A DNA stretch of 64,000 bases from a virus. Below, piece after piece: positions 9,501 to 19,447 of this stretch (positions are counted from its first letter, which is position 1; each line of letters opens with the position of its first letter). The stretch is from IMG/VR virus record IMGVR_UViG_3300031992_000005, positions 224,001 to 288,000 of that record. One strand, given 5' to 3'. The notes under the pieces are model-generated. The model was given only the letters and a program-made list of their open reading frames with translations. It made no database searches and was not told the origin of the DNA. The position numbers and the translations under genes were made by a program.

Positions 9501-9518
9501 ACCTAATATAAATTTCAA
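9501..9518 (+). promoter_or_regulatory. promoter-like AT-rich motif CCTAATATAAATTTCAAA
   Basis: Second copy of the motif seen at 6392-6409. It sits 28 nt upstream of the ATG at 9547. Confidence 0.3.
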
Positions 9519-9546
9519 ATGTTTAATAAATTAAAAAGAATTTAGT

Positions 9547-10035
9547 ATGAGAATCTACAACGGAAAAAACTCATTATTAAACTTACCTCTAATTAACAAC
9601 ATTAGATTAGAGATTCATGGTAACACTGTTAGCCGTGAGTTCCTTCCAACAGTAGCTTTTATAAAGCTTCTTGTGGAAAATCTTACTCCAAAGGACATTG
9701 CTATTATCGTATCGGGTCCATTTGAGATTAACATGTGTGCAAACGTATCTGCAAGTGAACCATTCATCGTTAGCTCACTTGATGAAGCCTTAAGAAGATT
9801 CAATGTTGGTAAGACAGAGGAGGAACCTAAAGTAGAAGAAAAGCCAGTCGAAGAGCCTACACCTCAGTCTGAACCAGAACCTGTTCCTGAAGTAAAGGAA
9901 GAGGAACCCAGTACTGAGAAAGAAGAGGTTAAAGAAGAGCCTGCTGCTGAAGAAGCTCCAGCAGAAACTCCTGAACCAGTAAAGGCTCCTAAGAAGCGCA
10001 AGATCTCAAAGCCTAAGGCAAACGAAGAAGTTTAA
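9547..10035 (+). CDS. hypothetical protein with acidic P/E/K-rich disordered tail
   Basis: 162-aa ORF. The C-terminal 70 aa are EEPKVEEKPVEEPTPQSEPEPVPE...KKRKISKPK low complexity. Confidence 0.65.
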   Translation: MRIYNGKNSLLNLPLINNIRLEIHGNTVSREFLPTVAFIKLLVENLTPKDIAIIVSGPFEINMCANVSASEPFIVSSLDEALRRFNVGKTEEEPKVEEKPVEEPTPQSEPEPVPEVKEEEPSTEKEEVKEEPAAEEAPAETPEPVKAPKKRKISKPKANEEV

Positions 10036-10052
10036 TAATAATTTACTAAACA

Positions 10053-10092
10053 GGAATCTCTGAGAGTAATTCTTAGAGATTCCACTTTTCTT
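10053..10092 (+). terminator. rho-independent terminator
   Basis: A 9-bp stem, ggaatctct (10053-10061) with agagattcc (10075-10083), followed by acttttcttt. Confidence 0.6.
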
Positions 10093-10099
10093 TACAACA

Positions 10100-11059
10100 A
10101 TGGAATATAAAGAGCAAATAAAAAAGAATGGCCAAAGATTAATTTTCTGCGATTTCAAAGAATTATTGACAGAGGCCTATAATGTAAATACTATAGAAGA
10201 AGTAGAACCATTTGCTAATGACAATGGAGAATATATAATTCATTGCCCATTTTGTAGAGAAGAAGGGCATACTAAACATAAACTATACATAAAGAAAGAC
10301 TTAACAGTAGGCCATTGTTTTGTATGTACCCGAACGTATATTAATGTAACTACAGATATTAACCTAAAAGTTGATGTTCCAGATACATTAACAGATTTTT
10401 GTCTAGGACAGGGTTCATTTAAATTAGTACCATTAACTGATCAAGAATGGACTGTAGATAAATTCGAATATGAATTTGATGACTATAGCGAAAAAGGTAT
10501 TGATTACTTAATAAAGAGAAATCAATTCTTATCAGAATTATATAAATTCTTAGACTTTAAATTTTGGAATGATAATGTAGTAATACCATTCAAATATCAT
10601 GGTGAGGTATTCTACTATCAAATAAGATTTAGGAATCCTGGTGCTAAGATTAAATATTTCCTTCCGCCTATTGATAAGAAACCTCCTTACATAATTGAGA
10701 GAGATGAAGAATTCAGACATAAGATTGTAATAGTAGAGGGAATATTTGATGCAATCGCAGCACTTATACAGTGTCCTGAATATACGCCAGTTGCAGTCCT
10801 AGGGTCTAGTATATCAGATTATCAGCTGGATTTCATAAGAGATTATAGCGGATACATTGACGATATAAGGATCTGGATGGATGAAACAAAAATCTCCTTA
10901 AAGATAGCAGAGAAGGTTAAATCTGTTATCGATTATGCGCCAATTAGAATAATTAAATCTTATGGTCCTGATCCTGAAGAGGTTCTGGCAGAAAGATTAA
11001 GAAGAAATTTGCCTATACAATGGATATATGCTAAAGATAACACACAACCTGGACAATAA
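10100..11059 (+). CDS. DNA primase (zinc ribbon + Toprim)
   Basis: Zinc-binding CPFCREEGHTKHKLY...GHCFVC followed by a Toprim-like IVIVEGIFDAIA and a downstream acidic WMDETK block. Confidence 0.7.
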   Translation: MEYKEQIKKNGQRLIFCDFKELLTEAYNVNTIEEVEPFANDNGEYIIHCPFCREEGHTKHKLYIKKDLTVGHCFVCTRTYINVTTDINLKVDVPDTLTDFCLGQGSFKLVPLTDQEWTVDKFEYEFDDYSEKGIDYLIKRNQFLSELYKFLDFKFWNDNVVIPFKYHGEVFYYQIRFRNPGAKIKYFLPPIDKKPPYIIERDEEFRHKIVIVEGIFDAIAALIQCPEYTPVAVLGSSISDYQLDFIRDYSGYIDDIRIWMDETKISLKIAEKVKSVIDYAPIRIIKSYGPDPEEVLAERLRRNLPIQWIYAKDNTQPGQ

Positions 11060-12542
11060 TACCCTGGTTGTTCAAACAGATGATCCCAATGATCATCTTT
11101 TTCTGGAAACTAAATTTTCGGAATATAAATATCGTCCCTGGACTAAAGACTGGGGACCTACTACTACTACAATTAAAATATATAATCCTGGAAGACATTC
11201 AGTAAAAGGAGGATTATATAGATATGAACTTGGCCTGGGTTGGGCAGCTTATCTTCTTGGAGTCTTTAAAGATAAGTTAAGCGCTGATAATTATAATTAT
11301 ATTATTGATAATATAATTAGATCAGATTCTTCTCCAAGATATCCCTTTCCTGAGCTAAGAGATTATCAGAACGATGACGTTCTATTTCTACTCAAGTATA
11401 GAATAGGACTCATGACTGTTAATACTGGATATGGAAAAACACAGACCATTGCAACTCTAACAAACTATGCTAAGAATGTACTAGGAAAAAAGGTATTAAT
11501 TGTCTGCCCTGGTAATAAGGCAAGGGATGAGATAGTTAAGAGATGTAAGTCCGTGTTTGGGTTAAACGTATCTAGTAAAGAAAAAGACGTAAACGGAGAG
11601 CTTGATTGTATAATAACTTCTGGTCTAAGCAATTCGGGGAGAACAAAAGATGGAAATAAGAGTGATTCTTTTAAGAAGACTCTAGCCTCATATGATTGGG
11701 TATTAGCCGATGAGGTTGAATATACAATAAATGCAGGAGGAGAATTCATTTATAGGAACTGTGTTAATGCAGAGAGATTTTATGGTTTTTCTGGAACTGC
11801 AGATAAAACTATGGCAGAGGCTATATCATTTAGCAACGGACTAAGTGATGTAGTCGTTAGAAACAAAGACTTAATAAAATATTTTGGTCCATCTTTAATT
11901 TATAGAATGCCCCTGAATATAGATCTTAGTTTTGTCCGAGTAAAATCAAAATCTATGGATGACCTATCTCTAGATTTTGAAAAAATAGATAAAAGTTCTA
12001 ATGTTTACCTCGAAATGATGAATCAAATCTGGACAGATCCAGGTATTTGTAATTCTATTGTTAATATTGTAAAACATTATCCTCTATGTTTTATTCCAAT
12101 TAATAACCTAGTAAATATCCTTAATCTTTGGATAGAAAAGTATTTTATAGGTACTTTTAAAATACTCTTAGTATGCGGAGAAGGTTATGTGTACTATGAC
12201 TTAGATGGAAATAAGACAGTATTAACTTTAGAGCAAGCCTGTGACTATATTAAGTCTAACAAAGTAGATGTTATTCCAAGTACTAGTAGCGGATATCGAG
12301 CATTAGATCTTCCAAAGTTGGAGAATATATGCCTCTTTGCTGGAAAATTAGCTGGAGTTACACTTCAATCTATTGGTAGGTGTGCTAGAGGTAAACATAT
12401 GAATATTATCACCCTAGAGGGATATTCTGAAAGAAAAATTCCAGTTTATACCAAAGGTGTAAAAGAAAGGAATGACTTGATTAAAAACTATTATCAATAC
12501 TGTAATATGACAGAGGAGGTAATAGAGGAGTGTAACCTATAA
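11028..12542 (+). CDS. SF2 DNA helicase
   Basis: Walker A NTGYGKTQT, motif II LADEVE, motif VI-like QSIGRCARGK. Confidence 0.7.
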   Translation: MLKITHNLDNNTLVVQTDDPNDHLFLETKFSEYKYRPWTKDWGPTTTTIKIYNPGRHSVKGGLYRYELGLGWAAYLLGVFKDKLSADNYNYIIDNIIRSDSSPRYPFPELRDYQNDDVLFLLKYRIGLMTVNTGYGKTQTIATLTNYAKNVLGKKVLIVCPGNKARDEIVKRCKSVFGLNVSSKEKDVNGELDCIITSGLSNSGRTKDGNKSDSFKKTLASYDWVLADEVEYTINAGGEFIYRNCVNAERFYGFSGTADKTMAEAISFSNGLSDVVVRNKDLIKYFGPSLIYRMPLNIDLSFVRVKSKSMDDLSLDFEKIDKSSNVYLEMMNQIWTDPGICNSIVNIVKHYPLCFIPINNLVNILNLWIEKYFIGTFKILLVCGEGYVYYDLDGNKTVLTLEQACDYIKSNKVDVIPSTSSGYRALDLPKLENICLFAGKLAGVTLQSIGRCARGKHMNIITLEGYSERKIPVYTKGVKERNDLIKNYYQYCNMTEEVIEECNL

Positions 12543-12597
12543 AAACAGAGATGGGGAGGGTTTATTACTTTATTAGTGTAATATAAATGGACGGTAT

Positions 12598-14034
12598 ATG
12601 TACGAGAACCAGAGTTACTTTGATTTAGTACTGAGTTTCTTTAATCAGTATATTTTTCAAGACGCTAAGAGTAACATAAATGAGCTAAAAACGTTCTTTA
12701 CTTATGAGGCATCTACTAGTGGAAACGCATTCATAGCACTATTATTAGACGCTATTAAGAATAATACCCTAAGTAACATAGATATTCCTATGTTTGAAAG
12801 TATTATGCTGCGAACTGGTAAGACGCCAGAAGAAAGTAAAGTAATTATGGATAAGATCCGCAGGTATAAGTTCTTCACTAAAGAGCAGATAGAACCTGCT
12901 AGAGAGCTTATGAGGGATCTAGTGGCTCAAGTTTATATAAGGAAAGCTAGACATCTTTACGAATCTTCTCCTTCCGGTTACTTAAACTATCTTAAACAAG
13001 TAGAATTTAAAACTTCTGGAGAAGACTACTTAAATTCAGTACCCTTTAATAGGGTGGACATGAATACTATAGTGGCTGACATGGATACAGCCAAACTTAC
13101 ATCTTCATATGATTTTATCAATCGATGCTTTACTGAAGAAGCTTATAAAGATGGAGATATTATAGTAATTAGTGCTCCTCCAAGTGTTGGTAAGTCGTTG
13201 ATAGCCGAAACTGAGGCCTTACATATGGTGTTAGAGCATAAGGTCCCAGTACACGCCTTGGTAATGGGTGACCTAGATATGTCTGCCCTAATTCTAAGAT
13301 TTGCTAGTATCTATTCTGGTAGACCTTTTAGCGAGGCAAGAAAAGATATAGTGAATATTTATAGGAGAATGTGTAACGACATTGGAGACCTACTAGATAT
13401 AACAATTGCTCCGGCAGGTGTAATTACAGCAAAGGACTATGTTCAGTATATCATAAACAGTCCTAAACATTATAAGGCTTGTTTCATCGATTATGACGAA
13501 AACTTTGCAATAGATTATACCGGAGGTGGTGGAGGAATGTACTCAGAATTCTCGAGTATCTATAATGAATTTACGAAATTGAAAGATAAGGGTATTTTAA
13601 CTGAAGTATTATGTCAGCCTAAAGTATATACTTGGGCAAGTGATAGTGAAACAATCGAACTAGGTGACTTAGGTACCAGTTCAAGAAAGGGTCATATTGC
13701 AGACGTAGTTATTACAGTTAAGAAGTTACCTAGAAGTCTAAATGGCTTATGTACCTTTAATCTGTGTAAAAATCGACATGGTATTGCAACAAAAATATAT
13801 ACCATAAGATTGAATAATGGTAGATTTATAGAGATACCAAGAGCATTATTTCAAGAGATCGCAAGTTATCAAGACTATAGAAACTATACCGAAGGTGAAA
13901 TACAAAGGATGGCTAGTAGCTATGAAATTCAGAATAGGCAACTACAGTCAGATATCGATAAAAGAACTAAAGGGTTTACTCCTAGTGGTCCTATGATAAA
14001 AAATACAGAAATGCCTTGGGGGAAAAATCCTTAA
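12598..14034 (+). CDS. DnaB/gp41-like replicative helicase (RecA-fold ATPase)
   Basis: Walker A SAPPSVGKSL, Walker B-like ACFIDYDE, and a LGTSSRKGHIADVVITV block resembling the DnaB LRESGSIEQDAD region. Confidence 0.6.
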   Translation: MYENQSYFDLVLSFFNQYIFQDAKSNINELKTFFTYEASTSGNAFIALLLDAIKNNTLSNIDIPMFESIMLRTGKTPEESKVIMDKIRRYKFFTKEQIEPARELMRDLVAQVYIRKARHLYESSPSGYLNYLKQVEFKTSGEDYLNSVPFNRVDMNTIVADMDTAKLTSSYDFINRCFTEEAYKDGDIIVISAPPSVGKSLIAETEALHMVLEHKVPVHALVMGDLDMSALILRFASIYSGRPFSEARKDIVNIYRRMCNDIGDLLDITIAPAGVITAKDYVQYIINSPKHYKACFIDYDENFAIDYTGGGGGMYSEFSSIYNEFTKLKDKGILTEVLCQPKVYTWASDSETIELGDLGTSSRKGHIADVVITVKKLPRSLNGLCTFNLCKNRHGIATKIYTIRLNNGRFIEIPRALFQEIASYQDYRNYTEGEIQRMASSYEIQNRQLQSDIDKRTKGFTPSGPMIKNTEMPWGKNP

Positions 14035-14041
14035 CACTTCA

Positions 14042-14836
14042 ATGGAAATACAGTTAATCGTAAAAATAAAAGAGGGCTTTGTTAGTACAAATGCTCTCTA
14101 TAATGCAAGAGTAACTTATGCAGGTGGACATCCTAGAGCACAAGTTTATAAAAATCCTAAAGCTGTTCGGGTTGAGTCTATAATTAGAGATCAACTCAGA
14201 GCAGTTGATTTTACAGAATACTTAGACTGGCTAAGGAATACTAAGCAATTTAAGATACTCTTTCAATTCATTCTTAAAAGTGGAGTAAAAAGAAAAGACA
14301 CTAGTAATTATATCAAGAACTTAGAAGATATCTGGACTAGATTTGTAAGAGAAGATCTTGGTATAGATAATTATGACGATAGTAAACATCTTGAAGTACA
14401 TGCATATAAATCTTTAATTCCAGGTTTAAAAGAAGAAATAGCCTGTATTCAAATTGTTGAATCTACTGCAAGTCTCAGATTCGATAAAATCGTAAAGCCA
14501 GAACAGGTTGTATTTCATTTCCCTAAGGGAGATCTGGAGACAAAAGATTTTGAGAAAACAATGAAAGACTTGGGACTTAAGTATGAATTTCAAGATTCAG
14601 TGAAAAAGTTGAAGGAGCCTAATGCAGACGTATTTATAGTATCTAATCCAGGTGTAAAAGATACTATAGATATTATTGACCACATTTATAGCTATAAGGA
14701 TTCTAGATTTACATATGTTATTACAGACTCTACTGAGCTAAAAGATAGATTAGACGCCTTTAAGTCAGCTACAGTGAGAGCAGTAGATCTAGAGGATTGG
14801 AATAATAAGTTAATGCAAATACTTCAAGTAACTTAA
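14042..14836 (+). CDS. protein with N-terminal RusA-like Holliday-junction resolvase domain
   Basis: STNALYN...RKDTSNYIKNLEDIWTRFV...GIDNYDDSKHLEV resembles the RusA pattern RxDxxNxxKxxxD...DD. The C-terminal half is unassigned. Confidence 0.45.
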   Translation: MEIQLIVKIKEGFVSTNALYNARVTYAGGHPRAQVYKNPKAVRVESIIRDQLRAVDFTEYLDWLRNTKQFKILFQFILKSGVKRKDTSNYIKNLEDIWTRFVREDLGIDNYDDSKHLEVHAYKSLIPGLKEEIACIQIVESTASLRFDKIVKPEQVVFHFPKGDLETKDFEKTMKDLGLKYEFQDSVKKLKEPNADVFIVSNPGVKDTIDIIDHIYSYKDSRFTYVITDSTELKDRLDAFKSATVRAVDLEDWNNKLMQILQVT

Positions 14837-15261
14837 TGAGAACAGACGCAATAACTTCAGTAGATCATATAACAATTACTCCAGTAGGTTTTCGAGTTAA
14901 GTTAATGAACTTTGACCGAATTAACAAATTATTACCCAAATTAGATTGTATCACATATGACCTAGTTGGATTCGAAGTGGCTCATGGATTTACCCGAGTA
15001 TTTCCAACTTTCATTAACTTAAGCTTTGAAAATTTAAATGAAAGTGAAACTTATTATATAAATAAGTTTAATAGAATTAGTGGTAAGTTTGATCTTCAGG
15101 TAATTAGCAAGGAAACGGAGTATAATTTTTGTGGTTGTAGTTGTGGAAAAATACAGAGCATATCAGTAGCTGATGAACATATTCCTCTATTAAATGTGAA
15201 TATTTCATTTTCATATGGCTATTATAGGATAAATTATTATAAAACTATACAATATGAATAG
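14836..15261 (+). CDS. hypothetical protein
   Basis: 141-aa ORF whose start abuts the upstream stop. Confidence 0.6.
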   Translation: MRTDAITSVDHITITPVGFRVKLMNFDRINKLLPKLDCITYDLVGFEVAHGFTRVFPTFINLSFENLNESETYYINKFNRISGKFDLQVISKETEYNFCGCSCGKIQSISVADEHIPLLNVNISFSYGYYRINYYKTIQYE

Positions 15262-15562
15262 TAAGGTATTTGATTTTAGAAAAAAATTATTAGAATATTC
15301 TGAAAAAGCTAATAAAATTTCATTAGAAACTCCCTCAGGGGGTGATGTATGTACTACATTAGTGCATAACTTGGTGGATGAATTTGGAACTATTCAGAAT
15401 AAGAATAAACCATTTTCATTCAAGTTGGAAAAAGTAGGAGATGAAGTAATGTTTTCCTACGGAGAAAATCCTCCTGCTAAAGTTAGTGAGGTTAATAGTA
15501 AACCTATCCTACAAACATTGGGTACTTTTAAGGATATTCTTGAATTTTCAGGCGGACAATAG
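15254..15562 (+). CDS. hypothetical protein
   Basis: 102-aa ORF overlapping the upstream gene by 8 nt. Its stop codon sits in the loop of the terminator hairpin. Confidence 0.6.
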   Translation: MNSKVFDFRKKLLEYSEKANKISLETPSGGDVCTTLVHNLVDEFGTIQNKNKPFSFKLEKVGDEVMFSYGENPPAKVSEVNSKPILQTLGTFKDILEFSGGQ

Positions 15563-15575
15563 GTCCGCCTTTTTC
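15551..15575 (+). terminator. rho-independent terminator
   Basis: ggcggac (15551-15557) pairs with gtccgcc (15563-15569), followed by ttttt. Confidence 0.7.
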
Positions 15576-15586
15576 CTTATCTTTGT

Positions 15587-16126
15587 ATGAACAAATTACT
15601 TATATCAAGAGAATATCATAACAGTGCAATGGAAATAAATTTGGCACTAGACACATTATCAGTGCCTAAAATTGTTTTATATAAGTTAGATAAGTATTCA
15701 CGTACCGTCAAGTGGTGGAAGTTAGATAGTTGGTTAAATTGGAATTATTATCCGGAACATATAGATTTTGTAACAATAGATAATATATTTTTAACCATAG
15801 GTTATTTTAGCATGTATGAATGTAAGTACATGCCTATAAAAAAACTAACCGATAGAACTTCACTGCACTTGGCATATGCTTGTAGTAAAGAAGTAAAAAA
15901 TATAACAATTTATTATCAAAGCATGTATGAAACCTATCTAAAATTAAATAGCTTAGATAATCACCATGTGACTGTATTTAATACTAAAAAAGATCTTATT
16001 AATTTTCTGAGTGAGTTCTATAAATACATAAGGGCGGATGATGAATGCCTATATAATTTCATGTTAAATCTATTCCGAGCTAATCACCTGATAAATGAAA
16101 CTGTACCAAGAATACCGATAAAATGA
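15587..16126 (+). CDS. paralog family member 1/12 (divergent)
   Basis: LALDTLSVPKIVLY, IFLTIGYFS and a C-terminal LFRANHLI match the family blocks. Confidence 0.65.
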   Translation: MNKLLISREYHNSAMEINLALDTLSVPKIVLYKLDKYSRTVKWWKLDSWLNWNYYPEHIDFVTIDNIFLTIGYFSMYECKYMPIKKLTDRTSLHLAYACSKEVKNITIYYQSMYETYLKLNSLDNHHVTVFNTKKDLINFLSEFYKYIRADDECLYNFMLNLFRANHLINETVPRIPIK

Positions 16127-16620
16127 AAAGTGACATTAAAGGAAGATTAGTATTACTCATTACTGAACGCAAACAAGAACTTGATTTTAAATACTGCAGT
16201 GTATGGGTAACTATAGAGAACTTAGTTCTTTCTAATTCAGGTAGTTACATATTTAATGCAGGCAAAAAAGATTATCCAGCTAGAATTGAAATACCAACCA
16301 CAAATGCAGATAAGTATCAGGTAGATCCCCTAAATCTATTAAATATAGGAAGCAACTTAGGATATCACCTGGGGTGGATTTCATTACCACAGTTTAAGTG
16401 TTTTTCTAGATGGAATGCAAAAAAGTGGTCAGCCAATCCTAGGATACGAGACTATAGCTTATGTTTCGCAAGAATTCCTTGGGGAAGTAGAAAATACTAT
16501 ATTTATGAATTAACTGGGGATGAATTAGCTCAGCTTTTCAAAAATTATATTAATACGATGGATAGCTATGCTATTCGAAACATATTAACGGAAATATTGA
16601 AGTATAATAAAGTAATATGA
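16123..16620 (+). CDS. paralog family member 2/12 (most divergent; membership tentative)
   Basis: Same size, position and ATGA coupling as the others. Only weak block similarity (VWVTIENLVLS, LLNIGSNLGY). Confidence 0.55.
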   Translation: MKSDIKGRLVLLITERKQELDFKYCSVWVTIENLVLSNSGSYIFNAGKKDYPARIEIPTTNADKYQVDPLNLLNIGSNLGYHLGWISLPQFKCFSRWNAKKWSANPRIRDYSLCFARIPWGSRKYYIYELTGDELAQLFKNYINTMDSYAIRNILTEILKYNKVI

Positions 16621-17153
16621 ATACTGAATTAATCGTCTATAAAGATTACACTTCTACTAATAACTTTATTTATTTTATAAATTTCAATAAATTCAAAATC
16701 CCGATTGATCTATTAGATAACTCTCATTTGTGGGGAAACAGAATAATTATATCATCCTCTACAGCAATAGGTAAGCAGGTATTATCGGATAACTATCATA
16801 GATTGTACTTGGAAGAGTTTCCAGATATTGCCTTTTGCTTAGGCCAAAGTCCCAGTAATTTTAAGCACATGACTAAACGACAGTTGCATCTTAAGTTTCT
16901 GGGGAATCCTCGTTTTCTTGCTTCAACAAGCCAAGTATTCTATCGAAATTTTAAATGGAAATATTCGACAGGTGCACCTTGGGATTTATCAAGGAGTAGT
17001 ATATTCTTGTTTCAATCTTTACCATTAGATAAATGGTTCGTAGGTAAAATAATTTATGATTACCTATTCCGCGTTAAATTGCGTAATTGCACTCTTCCAG
17101 AAGATCTTAAAATCGCAGAACGCATATTTAACCTGAATGAGTGTTATGAATAG
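16617..17153 (+). CDS. paralog family member 3/12
   Basis: FIYFINFNKFKIPIDLL, MTKRQLHLKFL, AERIFNLNECYE. Confidence 0.7.
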   Translation: MNTELIVYKDYTSTNNFIYFINFNKFKIPIDLLDNSHLWGNRIIISSSTAIGKQVLSDNYHRLYLEEFPDIAFCLGQSPSNFKHMTKRQLHLKFLGNPRFLASTSQVFYRNFKWKYSTGAPWDLSRSSIFLFQSLPLDKWFVGKIIYDYLFRVKLRNCTLPEDLKIAERIFNLNECYE

Positions 17154-17580
17154 TGTTGAATTGACTCTATTTAAGAGATATGACGAAACTCATATGATTA
17201 TATATTTCCTAAAATTCGGGAAAATTACTTTACCTAATATCTCAAACCCTGTACGTGAAGTTTACTTAGACATTGGATTTGAATATTACAGGACTAAACA
17301 TGTTACATTAAGATATCTTCTGAACAACTTAGATTCGATCGTATATCGCTTTTCATTACCTAAGTTCAGGGGATACAATCAGGTAATCAGAAAGTTTAAA
17401 GTCTATAAAGACCCATTCCAAGTTATTTACTTAAAGGGGAAAGCTCTGGATAATGTATTAGAAAATTATCTTCAAGTAATCGATGATTGTTTAGAATATA
17501 CTAGTGTGAAAGAATATTCATTAATCAGGGACATTATCGTATGTAATCGAACCAATGATACAAGAACTATATATTATTAA
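17137..17580 (+). CDS. paralog family member 4/12
   Basis: MIIYFLKFGKITLPNIS, VYLDIGFEYY. The C-terminus is divergent. Confidence 0.65.
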   Translation: MSVMNSVELTLFKRYDETHMIIYFLKFGKITLPNISNPVREVYLDIGFEYYRTKHVTLRYLLNNLDSIVYRFSLPKFRGYNQVIRKFKVYKDPFQVIYLKGKALDNVLENYLQVIDDCLEYTSVKEYSLIRDIIVCNRTNDTRTIYY

Positions 17581-18010
17581 TCTATTCGCAGTTAGAGATT
17601 TATACATGCACTATAAACGCTTATTGATTCCAAAATTATTTATATCTGCAGAAAAAAACGGTAGCTATAGAATTGGGGGTTATAAAAAAGATGACACATC
17701 TTCACTATTGGAAGTGAAAGACGTATATCTATATATGGGTTTTCATTTCTATGAAAATGATAAGGAAACCCAAACTATGAAATTCCTATCCCCTAGGAAA
17801 GTAAAAAACCTAATTTTTACATACCGTCCGGGTGCTGGGATTGGTAGATTTTATAAGAGTTTATTACCTACACCAACATATAGGTATTATCAAAAGACTG
17901 AATTAACGCCAGATCAGCTAGTTTATCTTAACCATATATATGTTCAAAATACAGCAAACGGTATCAGAGAAAAATTTCAGGAAATATTTAAACTGAATAA
18001 TATATGGTAG
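17555..18010 (+). CDS. paralog family member 5/12
   Basis: LYMHYKRLLIPKLF, VYLYMGFHFY, FQEIFKLNNIW. Confidence 0.7.
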   Translation: MIQELYIINLFAVRDLYMHYKRLLIPKLFISAEKNGSYRIGGYKKDDTSSLLEVKDVYLYMGFHFYENDKETQTMKFLSPRKVKNLIFTYRPGAGIGRFYKSLLPTPTYRYYQKTELTPDQLVYLNHIYVQNTANGIREKFQEIFKLNNIW

Positions 18011-18483
18011 AACTATGTATTTTTAAGGGAAGTGTATTCCGGAGTTTCCTAGATATATACTTATATTTCTCTGAATTAAAAATTCCTGAGGTTTTTTTAT
18101 CTAGTACAGCTAAGAAAGTAGAAATTTTATCCGAATCCTCTACTAATTCTGATGAGATACTAACCTTCAATAATCTTTACCTGAGAATAGGTTATGTATA
18201 TAGTTCACAGGAAAGAATAAAGTCAATAACTTATAATTATTTTAAGAAAAAAATGTTAGGTAATCTATCACATGCAGTAGCAACAGAACTACTCTATGAT
18301 ATTCCTAGAACACCTTATTCATTTCCATTTCAGAGAATACAGATACCAGATGAATTGGTAGGTAGTATATTGAAACTTCATATTGAGCAGCTCTACTCCT
18401 TAGATATGTCAGAATACACTAGTGTATATAAAAAATCCGTTCATAGATGTGAGGAAATATTTAAACTGAATGATATATGGTAG
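18004..18483 (+). CDS. paralog family member 6/12 (recent triplet)
   Basis: MVELCIFKG..., IYLYFSELKIPEVF, NLYLRIGYVY, CEEIFKLNDIW. 7-nt ATGGTAG overlap. Confidence 0.75.
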   Translation: MVELCIFKGSVFRSFLDIYLYFSELKIPEVFLSSTAKKVEILSESSTNSDEILTFNNLYLRIGYVYSSQERIKSITYNYFKKKMLGNLSHAVATELLYDIPRTPYSFPFQRIQIPDELVGSILKLHIEQLYSLDMSEYTSVYKKSVHRCEEIFKLNDIW

Positions 18484-18959
18484 AACTATGTATCTTTAAG
18501 GGACATTCAAACTTTTTTCCAGCTCTTATGTTAGATATATATTTACATTTCTCTGAATTAAAAATTCCTAAGGTTTTTATATATAGTACATATGAGAAAG
18601 TAGTAATTTTATCTGACTCCTCTACTAATTCTAATGATGAGATACTAACCTTTAATAATCTTTACTTGAAGATAGGTCATATATCTAGTTCACAAGAAAG
18701 ATTTAAACAAATGACCTACAATTACTTTAAGAAAAAGATGTTAGGTAATCTATTATACGCTATGGCAACAGAACTTTACCGTGATATTCCAAAAGAACTC
18801 TTCTTATTTCAGGAAATACAGATACCAGGTGAATTGGTAGGTAGTATATTGAAACACTACATCGAGCACTTTTATTCTACGGAGAGCGTACTTGGTGATA
18901 TATATATTAAATTCACCCGTATATATGAAGAGATATTTAAACTGAATAATATATGGTAG
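18477..18959 (+). CDS. paralog family member 7/12 (recent triplet)
   Basis: MVELCIFKG..., IYLHFSELKIPKVF, NLYLKIGHIS, YEEIFKLNNIW. 7-nt ATGGTAG overlap. Confidence 0.75.
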   Translation: MVELCIFKGHSNFFPALMLDIYLHFSELKIPKVFIYSTYEKVVILSDSSTNSNDEILTFNNLYLKIGHISSSQERFKQMTYNYFKKKMLGNLLYAMATELYRDIPKELFLFQEIQIPGELVGSILKHYIEHFYSTESVLGDIYIKFTRIYEEIFKLNNIW

Positions 18960-19447
18960 AACTATGTATAAATAAAACAGGTGTAGATATATTCCCAGTC
19001 CGTTGGCATCAGCTAGATATATATTTATGTTTTTCTGAAATAAAAATTCCCAGGATTTTTATTTCTAGTATGGAGAAGACCGTAGAAATTTCACCAGAAT
19101 CTCCTACTCATTTTAACGATGACATATTAATCTTCAACAATATTTATTTGAAAATAGGTTATATATATAGTTTACGAGAAAGAGTGAAACTAGTGACTTA
19201 CAATTACCTTAAGAAAAAGATGTTGGATGATATGTCATCGTTGATGGCAAAAGAACTGCGCTATAATTTCCCAGAAACATCCTATTCTTTTCAGAGAATA
19301 CGACTACTAGATAAAGAAATAGAAAGTATATTGAAACATCACATCGAGTATCTTTACGCTATGAAGAACGTACTTGGTTATCTATATACTAGATATGTTT
19401 GTAGATATGAAGAAATATTCGAACTAAATGGATTATTATGCAAGTAG
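18953..19447 (+). CDS. paralog family member 8/12 (recent triplet)
   Basis: MVELCINKTG..., IYLCFSEIKIPRIF, NIYLKIGYIY, YEEIFELNGLL. Confidence 0.75.
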   Translation: MVELCINKTGVDIFPVRWHQLDIYLCFSEIKIPRIFISSMEKTVEISPESPTHFNDDILIFNNIYLKIGYIYSLRERVKLVTYNYLKKKMLDDMSSLMAKELRYNFPETSYSFQRIRLLDKEIESILKHHIEYLYAMKNVLGYLYTRYVCRYEEIFELNGLLCK

